Positions 45,421-53,978 of a stretch of 55,443 nt of DNA are shown piece by piece. This DNA is from Patescibacteria group bacterium (lineage in GTDB: Bacteria; Patescibacteriota; Microgenomatia; UBA8517): NCBI GenBank assembly GCA_036835125.1, contig DAITMO010000001.1:1-55443 (forward strand), in the 5' to 3' direction. A model generated the notes under the pieces. The model saw only the letters and a program-made list of their open reading frames with translations, did not search any database and was not told the DNA's origin. A program made the translations under genes and the position numbers. Each line of letters opens with the position of its first letter. The stretch's first letter is position 1.

Positions 45421-47754
45421 TTACATATTTGAACGTCTGGATATTTCTGCTTCAACTAATTTTTCGTCGCGTCCATACTTAAGTCTACTCATTTCTTTTA
45501 TTATCTCGGCAACCCTGGTGCTTTCCATCTCTTTTATCTTTGTTAAGTCTTTTGTTGTGTCTAGGGAGAATGGTGGAACAGGTTCATTGTTTACAATTGT
45601 TTTACAGTAGGCATGATAGCGTTCAACATTTAATAGATCATCTTCTCCAAATGTTGGAGTAAATTCATGTTGAAGATAGTTTGCATCAGTCACTCCAACT
45701 CTAAATGAGATCAAAGTTCCAACGTTTCCAAATACTGCATTTTTAACCTCTTCCTCAACCTGTCCAATAAACTGATTTGCTACACATAGTCCTAAACCAT
45801 ATTTTCTTGCTTCAGATAGAATTACTGCAAAGTCAGGTGTGGCAAAGTTTTGGAACTCATCAACATAGAAATAAAAGTCTTTTCTCTGTTCTTTACTAAG
45901 ATTTGCCCTACTCATTGCGGCCATTAGAATTCGGGGAACAAGAAGAAGTCCCAAGAAATTACTATTCTCTTCTCCAAGCGTACCTTTAGCTAAATTAATA
46001 AGAAGAATTTTACCTTCATCCATAATTTTCCTTACATCAAATGAACTTTGAGATTGCCCTATGATATTTCTTATAAGTTTATTCGTAACAAAACGACCGA
46101 ACTTTGAAACTGTATAGTCCAAAACTTCTGATTTATGGAAGTCCGAAGTCTGTGCAATCTGATCCGTCCAATAGCGCCTTACAATTGGATCTGTGACGTG
46201 AGGGAGAAGTTCTTGAACATACTTAGCATCCGTCATGATTCTCATAATTTCAACAAAGGTGTTACCAGGTACACTCATTGCAGTAAGCATGGCGTTTCTA
46301 ACTCCATGCTCAAAACGTGGGCCCACAATACCAGTCTTATAGGGATCAAAAAGTTTATACATAAGGTTAATTATTGAGGTTGCCGCAAAGTGTTTTTCAT
46401 CCTCAGTTCTTGCCTCCAATAGGTTCATTCCCAGGGGTCGTTCCACATCACTTGGGTTGAAATAAATTACATCCTCTGCACGCTCAGGAGGAATGAGTTT
46501 AAGAATATCCTCAACTGCATCTCCATGAGGATCCATGAAACAAACTCCTTTACCTGCTTTTATGTCTTGTAAAATAAGATCTTTTAGAAGTTCCGATTTT
46601 CCAACACCAGTTTTTCCAATAACATAAATGTGTTGCATTCTATCTTTATCACTTAAGTAAACTGGTCTTTTGACTCCCCTATATGCACTCATACCAATAT
46701 GAAGGCCTTCTGTTGGGATCTGAGCTGGGGCAGGAGCAGTTTTGGCATTCAACCAGTAAATATGCGGGGTTGTTACTTGTTTGTTTGGTAAATGGAATAT
46801 GGATGCTAATTCTTCTGAATTTAAGATTGATCCGTGATTTCCTAAAACATTGAACATTGGCTGATATCTATATAAAAAGTCCTCCATAAAACTCGACTTC
46901 CTATATATTTTTCTACTTTTGAGATTGTTTAAATCACTAGCAAATTGGGAAAAGGCTCCCACAATATTGGTAACAGTGCTCTTTGCAGTCTCTTCATTTT
47001 CTGAAACTGCAATGATTCTTATGGAAGTTTCAAAGCCAGGTTTTGCAATTTTTGATTCAATTGCCTCTAGGGTTTTGCCTGAGGTTGAGAATTTGGCTTT
47101 TTCGGCATCACTTTCATTCTTTTTGGTGTCGGAAACAAACTTTCCACCTTCTTTTTGCCAATCGGATTCTACCGGTGAAATAATAATTTGGATCACTGCA
47201 GCGTCCTTGGGGCCCATTTTGGCTAGAGCTGATGTTAAAGAAAGCATTGGATCAGTTGCTAAATCTTTAAATGTTTTTAGAGGGTAATAATTATTTTTCC
47301 CAAGCTGTAGTGCCTTATATGCAACTTTTCCGTTGTTTTCAAAAATATTATATTCATCTACCTCCAATATCTCTGCTTCAGGGAATGCACCATTAATTTG
47401 TTTTTCTATTAAATCTTTAAGTTTTGTTGGTGTCCAGACATAGAAACGGATATCTTCTTGCCTGGCTACAATTTCAAAGGAAATTGATGGTTGAACCGAA
47501 AACTTTTGCTTCCATCCACCTTTTTTAATTGAATAGAGGCTTGCAAAGAGTTGTTCCATTGCATCAATTTTTGTTTCATTATTCCTAGGAACTGCAATTT
47601 GCAAAATTACTGAATCAATTGAAGCCTTTTCTCTATCCCTGTTTTTAAAGAAAATAAAAACAGAGTATCCTAATGCAACAAGTAAAAATACTAATATTGC
47701 AATTAAAATAGCTACTGCCAAAATTTCAGAATAGTTTATCGCATCAAGTTGCAT
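45421..47754 (-). CDS. VirD4/TraD/HerA-like ATPase with N-terminal TM
   Basis: H.YVIGKTGVGKS, DPHGD, YVDEFQNF, LSEARKY.L.L..ANQ. Confidence 0.88.
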   Translation of the reverse strand: MQLDAINYSEILAVAILIAILVFLLVALGYSVFIFFKNRDREKASIDSVILQIAVPRNNETKIDAMEQLFASLYSIKKGGWKQKFSVQPSISFEIVARQEDIRFYVWTPTKLKDLIEKQINGAFPEAEILEVDEYNIFENNGKVAYKALQLGKNNYYPLKTFKDLATDPMLSLTSALAKMGPKDAAVIQIIISPVESDWQKEGGKFVSDTKKNESDAEKAKFSTSGKTLEAIESKIAKPGFETSIRIIAVSENEETAKSTVTNIVGAFSQFASDLNNLKSRKIYRKSSFMEDFLYRYQPMFNVLGNHGSILNSEELASIFHLPNKQVTTPHIYWLNAKTAPAPAQIPTEGLHIGMSAYRGVKRPVYLSDKDRMQHIYVIGKTGVGKSELLKDLILQDIKAGKGVCFMDPHGDAVEDILKLIPPERAEDVIYFNPSDVERPLGMNLLEARTEDEKHFAATSIINLMYKLFDPYKTGIVGPRFEHGVRNAMLTAMSVPGNTFVEIMRIMTDAKYVQELLPHVTDPIVRRYWTDQIAQTSDFHKSEVLDYTVSKFGRFVTNKLIRNIIGQSQSSFDVRKIMDEGKILLINLAKGTLGEENSNFLGLLLVPRILMAAMSRANLSKEQRKDFYFYVDEFQNFATPDFAVILSEARKYGLGLCVANQFIGQVEEEVKNAVFGNVGTLISFRVGVTDANYLQHEFTPTFGEDDLLNVERYHAYCKTIVNNEPVPPFSLDTTKDLTKIKEMESTRVAEIIKEMSRLKYGRDEKLVEAEISRRSNM

Positions 47755-48091
47755 TTTCTGGAATCTCCTTTCCTACTATTTTCCACCCCAGGGCAATTGC
47801 TTTTTTGATAATTCTTAACCAAAACATTCCAAGCCAACTTTGAGAAGAAGTAATTGAACCTTTGGACCAACCAGCGAGAGTAATGTCATCGGTGGGAGGC
47901 GTTATAGTAATAACTTGTGCAGGGGGTGCTTGAACCAAAGGTTGTCCATTGGTATTTTTAATCTGTGTTTTAAAATTTTTTTGAACAACTTGAACACCAG
48001 TTTTTTGTTGGAGAGTTTCTGGGATAATAAACTCTTCCTGGCGTTCAGTTATCTGAGTCTCAGGTCTTGGTATTTCAGGTGTGGCAGGCAT
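47744..48091 (-). CDS. Hypothetical protein (115 aa)
   Basis: Extended -10 TGcTACAAT 6 nt before the ATG; C-terminal amphipathic helix; overlaps the ATPase start. Confidence 0.65.
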   Translation of the reverse strand: MPATPEIPRPETQITERQEEFIIPETLQQKTGVQVVQKNFKTQIKNTNGQPLVQAPPAQVITITPPTDDITLAGWSKGSITSSQSWLGMFWLRIIKKAIALGWKIVGKEIPENAT

Positions 48092-48155
48092 ATAGTTATT
48101 GTAGCATTAAATTTGACATATTTGACTATCGTAAGCCTGAGTATATAATTGTGTC

Positions 48156-48332
48156 ATGAAAGTTGAAAAAGGAGAAACCGGAGATATAAATTGTGCTGTA
48201 CTTGACGTCCCACGGGGGATTGATATTCAAATAGATACATGCACAATGAATCCAAATTCCAATGACTTGGAACGCATAAAAAATTTACCACATATAAGTA
48301 ATGTTTGTGATTTTGAATCGGAACCTGAATAA
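48156..48332 (+). CDS. Hypothetical 58-aa protein (not in the ORF track)
   Basis: MKVEKGETGDINCAVLDVPRG...CDFESEPE*; TTGACT-16-TATAAT promoter ends 6 nt before the ATG. Confidence 0.5.
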   Translation: MKVEKGETGDINCAVLDVPRGIDIQIDTCTMNPNSNDLERIKNLPHISNVCDFESEPE

Positions 48333-48342
48333 ATATCTCTTT

Positions 48343-48870
48343 CTATTTAGTTATCCAAGTAGATTCCTTAACCCCTTTTCTGAAGTTTATATAACGAGCT
48401 AAAGTAAACAAATAGTCACTAAGTCTGTTAATAAAAATTAGTGTGGAATCTGAAATTTTTATTTCTAAATTTTTTGCATGAACAAGAAGCCTTTCTAATC
48501 TTCTAACAACCGTCCTTGCCGTATATAAAGATGCTGCGGATGGACATCCTCCCGGAAAAATAAAGTTTGAAAGTTTCGGCATTCCCTCTGTCCATTCATC
48601 AATTTCCTTTTCGTATTTGGCAACTATAGATTTTGAAATAGACCCTTTCGTTCCTGCGACAATTGATCCTAATTTAAAAAGAGTTTTTTGAACTTGAGTG
48701 ATTTTGTTAACTAAATATTTTTCTTCTAGAAAAGATGTTGAGAGTCCTAAAAAACTATTTGCTTCATCAATTGTCCCTAAAATTTCAATTTGAAGTGAAT
48801 CCTTTGAGATTCTTTTTCCTTCCAAGGTTCCTGTTTCACCTTTGTCCCCTTTTTTTGTATATATAGGCAT
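48343..48870 (-). CDS. pduO: ATP:cob(I)alamin adenosyltransferase, PduO type
   Basis: IYTKKGDKGET, GTIDEANS, F..PGG, AR.V.RR.ER, INRLSDYLF..AR. Confidence 0.95.
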   Translation of the reverse strand: MPIYTKKGDKGETGTLEGKRISKDSLQIEILGTIDEANSFLGLSTSFLEEKYLVNKITQVQKTLFKLGSIVAGTKGSISKSIVAKYEKEIDEWTEGMPKLSNFIFPGGCPSAASLYTARTVVRRLERLLVHAKNLEIKISDSTLIFINRLSDYLFTLARYINFRKGVKESTWITK

Positions 48871-48907
48871 GTTGCCAATTTACTCTACTTTTGTGAATCT
48901 ATCAACT

Positions 48908-51292
48908 TTATTTGTGAATTATTTTTGTTGCTTCAGATTTTTTACTGTCTCCTGTTGGTACAAATTCAATTTCACAAGCTCCTGCACTACATGCAACTTC
49001 TTGTGCTGCTTTTGTATAATCTTCCTCTTCATATCTCCAAAGCTTAGAAAAGTCTATATCAGGGAATTTTGAATTAAGCTCTTCATATTTTTCCTTTGTA
49101 ATTTCCTCATATGGCATCTGAGCATATTTAGCATCACTTGCAGGAAGGAAGCTCATTCCCCCAATCATATCTTTATGTTCCCAAACCCATTTAACAAGGT
49201 CTAATATTTCGTTTGGTTGATAGGTAATCGTGACGCTTGGATTGTGTTCTGTCCAGAAGATTTTACTCTTTAACCAATATTCACACTGTTCAATTGCAGA
49301 TCTTTCTTTCCTCGTAATTGCACTTTCTGGGGATTTAACCGGAAAATGAACGACCCAGGTGTTGGCTGTATCTTCAGTTTGCCCGTTTTCAGGATCCATT
49401 GGAACTCCTGCATCCTTTAATACTTTGAAAAGGGGTGTGAATGCTCCAACTCTAACATTTCTGACATAATATGGGGCCCATCTTGTATGAATTCCGCTAG
49501 AACAATTGAAAAGTTGAGATGAGTTTCCAGATGGTTTTACACAGGTCACTGCAGCTGCAGGATTAATTCCTAGTTTTTTGGCATATATTCTATTTGTTTC
49601 AACTGCAACCTGCCTTAATTTAGCCATTATGGAAGGATCTTGAACTGCTGGACAATCCATCTGCCCATTTATATCAACTCCCAAAAGTCTTTCATCCTCA
49701 CAATTTTTCTTCCAAATGGGTCTTAGACCTGGGAAATTGGTTGCCATTGCCTGGATTGTTCCTATGATTGCGGCAACTTGTACTTTATCTTTGAGGGTTT
49801 CATATGTATCGTCTTTTCTGGCTATGGCGATACTCAAATTACAAAATTCGTATGGTCTTAGATTGATTTCTCCACAAGGGTTACTTCCAAAATCTGCTTC
49901 CTTTCTTCTTTCGGGTCTAAATTTATTACTCCCTGGTCTATTAAAGATTCCAGGTTCCCCTCTTTGAGTTTCATGCATATCAAGCATTAATTTTATCCAT
50001 TCTTCCTGAGAAAGACCGCGGTCAGGAATTACTACAGAATTATTTGCATTCCATCTTTGCCAATTGTCTCTCTCAAAGTCTCCGTCTTTTGCATGCCTCA
50101 TTTCTGCATCTTCCCAATCAAAAAGTGAAATCATGGCAGTTCTTCTTACTCCTCCTGAAACTGCAGCGTAGCCAACCATACACATAATGTCGTGGGCATC
50201 AATTGGACGAAGGAAACTTCCTTGTCTAGCTAAAATTCTTTCCCTGACAAAATCAAGCATTACTCTTAAAGGTTCTGGACCCGATGCGCGTCCTCCTTTA
50301 ATTTTTAAAATTGACCCTGCTGGTCTTAATTTTGAAAAATCAAAGGTAATATCTTTTCCATCAAACCAGGTATTCATTCCAATTCTTAAAGAATCTTCCC
50401 ATCCTTCAGTTGTATCTGGAATTACATATGTTTTTACTTTTCCAGCTGTTTGTCTTTTTATTCTTGGAAGTTTTTCAACATACTTACTCTCTACAGAGAA
50501 TCCTACTCCACAACCACTCATAGAGATGAGAAGTGCTTCACAAAAAGCATCTATGCTATCTGCTGGTAAATATGAACAATTATAAATACTGATGTTTTGT
50601 CGTCTCGCACTTTCTCCAGCTGAAGCAAGAAGTCTCATAGAGGTCATTGCCTTCATTTCAAGCATAAACTTTCTTATTTTTGTGTAGGTTTTTTGATCCA
50701 ACTTATTCTTTGATATCTCTTTAAGATAACTTACTGCTCTATCAATTGTTTCTGTCCAAGTTTCACGCCTTCCTAAGTCATAGTTAAATCTTGAGTATTT
50801 ATCAAAAAATTGAAACTTCTGAAGCTGAGTTGGAAAATATTTATCTGATTCTTCAAATGCCTTTTTAACATTTGTTGGGATTGGTCTAACTTCTCTTAAC
50901 TTCGCATGTTCTGCTCTATAAAGAATATAGTGTTTGGCTGCTTCAAACTCTTCAGAAGATTGCAAAACAAGCTCAACCATGTCCTGAATATTTTCAACTG
51001 TAGGTTTTTCGAATCTTACTGAAACTAGATTAACTACTCTTTGGGTAAGGTCGATTATTGATGTTTTAGGTGTTGTTTTTAGTGATTTAAAACACTTTTC
51101 AATTGCAACCAAAATTTTTTGTGGATTAAATTCTTCCTCACTACCATCTCTTTTTGTAATTACTTTTGGCCACGGGAGAGTAGCTTTCCCATTTACATGT
51201 TCCTCTTTAACTACACCATTTTTTTGTGGACGACCTTTCTTTTTTTTCAATCCTCCTACTATTTGTTGTAATAATAATTTTTCTTCTGCCAT
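48908..51292 (-). CDS. nrdJ: Class II adenosylcobalamin-dependent ribonucleotide reductase with N-terminal ATP-cone
   Basis: ITKRDG ATP-cone, YNCSY, GCGVGFSV, GGVRR.A, NPCGEI, CNLS, TCVKPSG, C-terminal CSAGACE. Confidence 0.93.
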   Translation of the reverse strand: MAEEKLLLQQIVGGLKKKKGRPQKNGVVKEEHVNGKATLPWPKVITKRDGSEEEFNPQKILVAIEKCFKSLKTTPKTSIIDLTQRVVNLVSVRFEKPTVENIQDMVELVLQSSEEFEAAKHYILYRAEHAKLREVRPIPTNVKKAFEESDKYFPTQLQKFQFFDKYSRFNYDLGRRETWTETIDRAVSYLKEISKNKLDQKTYTKIRKFMLEMKAMTSMRLLASAGESARRQNISIYNCSYLPADSIDAFCEALLISMSGCGVGFSVESKYVEKLPRIKRQTAGKVKTYVIPDTTEGWEDSLRIGMNTWFDGKDITFDFSKLRPAGSILKIKGGRASGPEPLRVMLDFVRERILARQGSFLRPIDAHDIMCMVGYAAVSGGVRRTAMISLFDWEDAEMRHAKDGDFERDNWQRWNANNSVVIPDRGLSQEEWIKLMLDMHETQRGEPGIFNRPGSNKFRPERRKEADFGSNPCGEINLRPYEFCNLSIAIARKDDTYETLKDKVQVAAIIGTIQAMATNFPGLRPIWKKNCEDERLLGVDINGQMDCPAVQDPSIMAKLRQVAVETNRIYAKKLGINPAAAVTCVKPSGNSSQLFNCSSGIHTRWAPYYVRNVRVGAFTPLFKVLKDAGVPMDPENGQTEDTANTWVVHFPVKSPESAITRKERSAIEQCEYWLKSKIFWTEHNPSVTITYQPNEILDLVKWVWEHKDMIGGMSFLPASDAKYAQMPYEEITKEKYEELNSKFPDIDFSKLWRYEEEDYTKAAQEVACSAGACEIEFVPTGDSKKSEATKIIHK

Positions 51293-51316
51293 ATTTTTAT
51301 TTTTTTGAAAACAAAC

Positions 51317-51754
51317 TTATTTATCAATCAATTTTTCAAAGTCACTTAAATCTTCAAACTCTAAATAAACACTAGCAAACCGGAGCCAGGCTACTTTATC
51401 TACTTTTTTCAGTTTTTTCAAGACTGCATTTCCTATGCTTCTTGCTGGTACTTCCTGTTTATCGCTTCTTAACATCTCCATTTCTACTTGATCTACTATT
51501 TCATCTACCAGCTCAAGAGAAACCGGACGCTTTTCTATTGCTCTTAGTATCCCCTTTTTAATCTTTTCTTTATCAAACACTTCTCTGTTACCATTTTTCT
51601 TTACTACCCAAAGAAAACTTTTTTTGACTTGCTCTATTGTAGTAAACCTTTTGTTGCATTTCCCACACTCTCTTCTTCTTCTTATAGAGCCATCATCCAT
51701 TGATCTACTTTCCAAAACACTTGTTTCAACAGCTCTACAAAAAGGACACTTCAT
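51317..51754 (-). CDS. nrdR: Transcriptional repressor NrdR; likely start 51754
   Basis: MKCPFC, IRRRRECGKC..RFTT.E, ATP-cone, VAWLRFASVY..F. Confidence 0.96.
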   Translation of the reverse strand: MKCPFCRAVETSVLESRSMDDGSIRRRRECGKCNKRFTTIEQVKKSFLWVVKKNGNREVFDKEKIKKGILRAIEKRPVSLELVDEIVDQVEMEMLRSDKQEVPARSIGNAVLKKLKKVDKVAWLRFASVYLEFEDLSDFEKLIDK

Positions 51755-51778
51755 ATGTTTCACGCATGTAAAGAAATT

Positions 51779-51831
51779 ACTCTACAAATAGTGATTGTTA
51801 TGATTAAAAAACACTACCCCTAGACTGTCAA
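51779..51831 (-). promoter_or_regulatory. nrdR-nrdJ-pduO promoter with tandem NrdR boxes
   Basis: ACTCTACAAATAGTGA (51779-51794) and ACACTACCCCTAGACT (51811-51826), 32 bp apart; minus strand TTGACA-17-TTTAAT. Confidence 0.7.
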
Positions 51832-51976
51832 CTAGTAAGTTTTTGTTCAAAATATATCACCCTAGCCATGAGCCAAGCCTGGAAACTTAAAAATTCCTGA
51901 AGTTTTTTGCGGGAATATTATTTCCCTCATTAGACCAAAAGAATATTAGTGTAAAAAAATGAAGCAAAAGTCATGT

Positions 51977-52597
51977 TTATTCCCCTACAAATGGGTTTTT
52001 TGGTATAGGAAGATTGCGACAGTTTAAAGCATCACGGACACTATTATAAGCATCTATGGAATATTTTTTATTTTCCAAAATTACTCCTTTTGCCTCCTCT
52101 GGCACTAAATGTATCAAACTCTCTATAATTTCCTGGTGTCTTATGATTGACAAGGCAAATTTGGTTAAGAATTGGTCTGTATCCACTCCTCCTTCTCTTG
52201 CTACCCTCTCTTCTCTAACAGCAACCTTTAAATACTCTTCTCCTTTTATAAATGTAGATAGAGCAATGTCATTTTTACCTTGTTTAAAAAGACTTTCAGC
52301 AATTAAAATTCTTTTATCTGCAAATAGTAGTGCTAATTCAGCTCTTCTTATATGAGTAGGGGTTATTCCAAACCATACTTTATCCCTCAGTTCTTTTAAT
52401 CCCCAAAGAGGACCATCTGGCAAAACTGTACCTATATAAAGAGGTTTGCCTGTTGGCTGTAAGATTAGTCTTCCATCTGTTGAGACAATACCATTTTGGT
52501 AAAAAGAATATGTAATTGAAGAGGAATTAAAAATTGATATAAAAAGTATTGTAAAAGCAAAAAGGGATGCAACAATTGCAAACAAATACTTTTTCAT
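51977..52597 (-). CDS. DUF5667 domain protein
   Basis: TM, VLPDGPLWGLKELRDKVW...T....RAEL.LLFADKR. Confidence 0.8.
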   Translation of the reverse strand: MKKYLFAIVASLFAFTILFISIFNSSSITYSFYQNGIVSTDGRLILQPTGKPLYIGTVLPDGPLWGLKELRDKVWFGITPTHIRRAELALLFADKRILIAESLFKQGKNDIALSTFIKGEEYLKVAVREERVAREGGVDTDQFLTKFALSIIRHQEIIESLIHLVPEEAKGVILENKKYSIDAYNSVRDALNCRNLPIPKNPFVGE

Positions 52598-52663
52598 TTT
52601 TAAGTAACTATCATCCTAATTCGAACCAGCTATCAGTGTCAAGCCATAGACTGTTTTGAAATA

Positions 52664-53314
52664 CTATCTAAAAAGAATAATTGGCCATTCCCACATTACA
52701 TGGAGCAGAATTGAGCCAAAAATATTTTTTGTTCTCCCGAAAATGAAAGCTGATCCAATTCCAAAGATTGCAGTTAGAAGTAAGTATAATAGCGCCGGTA
52801 TCAAAGACAGTTTCCACACGAAAAAGGCTATTGGAACATGGACCAGGGTCCAGATTAGAGAGCTTGTGATATTTGCTGCCCATTCATCACGAAGAGCTAG
52901 GTTTAATCTTCCAAAAATATATCCTCTAAAAGAGATCTCTTCAGAAAAAGCCGTTGCAAAAGATAACCCTAAAGATGCCAAAATTGGTAAATCTCCAATG
53001 TTTGCAGCAAAGTTCAACCTTCCATATTTGAAAAAGTTGGTTAGAATTGCTTCAATAACAAAGATTGCCCCAAGTCCTAGTGATAAATAAATTGAAGGAA
53101 ATAAGTTTTTAAAAGTAATTCCCAAGGAAGACAAAGACATTTTTTCTTTAAAAGAAAGCCAAAATATAGGGAGTAGCCAAACAATGGGTTTAACAAACAA
53201 TTCTTCAATATTATCTGGAAGTTTAAAAAGAAATCTATAAAGAGCCCATATCAACACTAAAAATGCTGAATATATGGTTACATGCTTAACAAATGTTGTT
53301 TTGGCAGTTTTCAT
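52664..53314 (-). CDS. CPBP (CAAX/Abi) family intramembrane metalloprotease; likely start 53314
   Basis: SEEISFRG, W..VH, H..W. Confidence 0.88.
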   Translation of the reverse strand: MKTAKTTFVKHVTIYSAFLVLIWALYRFLFKLPDNIEELFVKPIVWLLPIFWLSFKEKMSLSSLGITFKNLFPSIYLSLGLGAIFVIEAILTNFFKYGRLNFAANIGDLPILASLGLSFATAFSEEISFRGYIFGRLNLALRDEWAANITSSLIWTLVHVPIAFFVWKLSLIPALLYLLLTAIFGIGSAFIFGRTKNIFGSILLHVMWEWPIILFR

Positions 53315-53321
53315 TTGTACT

Positions 53322-53837
53322 TTATATTTTACACCCAATAAATGCCTCGTCCATTGCATCTATTACCATATTTATTCTATTTTTTGCTTCAGGGAGAGTT
53401 AGAGCATTCTTTTCATTTGGAAACCAATGAAAGGTAAGATTTCTACAAAGTCTCCAAGTATCCCAAAGTTTATCTGCAAGCTCACTTCCACCACAATATT
53501 TCACCAATTTTTCATATACATTTTCGCGTTTATATTTTTTGGGAAGTGAAGGATTTAAGGACCTTCCAATTCTAAAATGCTTGCCAAAATAGTCCTCTTC
53601 AGAAATAAAACCTAAACTCAGAAATAGTTTTTTCAAAAAACCTTCATATGCTTTAGCTGCCGGGAAAACAATAAATGAATAGTCATCAAACTTTTCTTTA
53701 CCTCCAGGTAAGTCTGCCCCCCATCCTTCTACGACACTATATAGAAACTCAGATGTCCCAAGAAGTTTTTGAATATCTTCTCCCAAATATCCCCACCAGG
53801 ATTTTGATTCAAGTTCATTAAATGTATCTGTATCCAC
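53322..53837 (-). CDS. Stand-alone RnlA-like HEPN domain protein
   Basis: DYS.IVFPAAKAYEGFLK and RNLTFH (R-x4-H) resemble the RnlA/LsoA C-terminal HEPN domain. Confidence 0.6.
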   Translation of the reverse strand: MDTDTFNELESKSWWGYLGEDIQKLLGTSEFLYSVVEGWGADLPGGKEKFDDYSFIVFPAAKAYEGFLKKLFLSLGFISEEDYFGKHFRIGRSLNPSLPKKYKRENVYEKLVKYCGGSELADKLWDTWRLCRNLTFHWFPNEKNALTLPEAKNRINMVIDAMDEAFIGCKI

Positions 53838-53978
53838 AATATTATTGTATCAGAAACTTTGTCCCATCATTTCAATATTATTTTAAAAGGAATATATTAA
53901 AAAAATACAATTGTAGGTTGCTCGTTAAAAAATTCAGTTATACTATATGTATTCCAATATGTTTCTTAAGACTTTCGA

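Noticed and set aside
48908-51292. Intein or intron in nrdJ (also checked ligase and ftsH)
   Set aside because: Lengths and motif spacing are normal; no splicing or LAGLIDADG motifs
51763-51976. Cobalamin riboswitch upstream of nrdJ
   Set aside because: No recognisable B12-box or conserved core; the region is accounted for by the promoter and NrdR boxes
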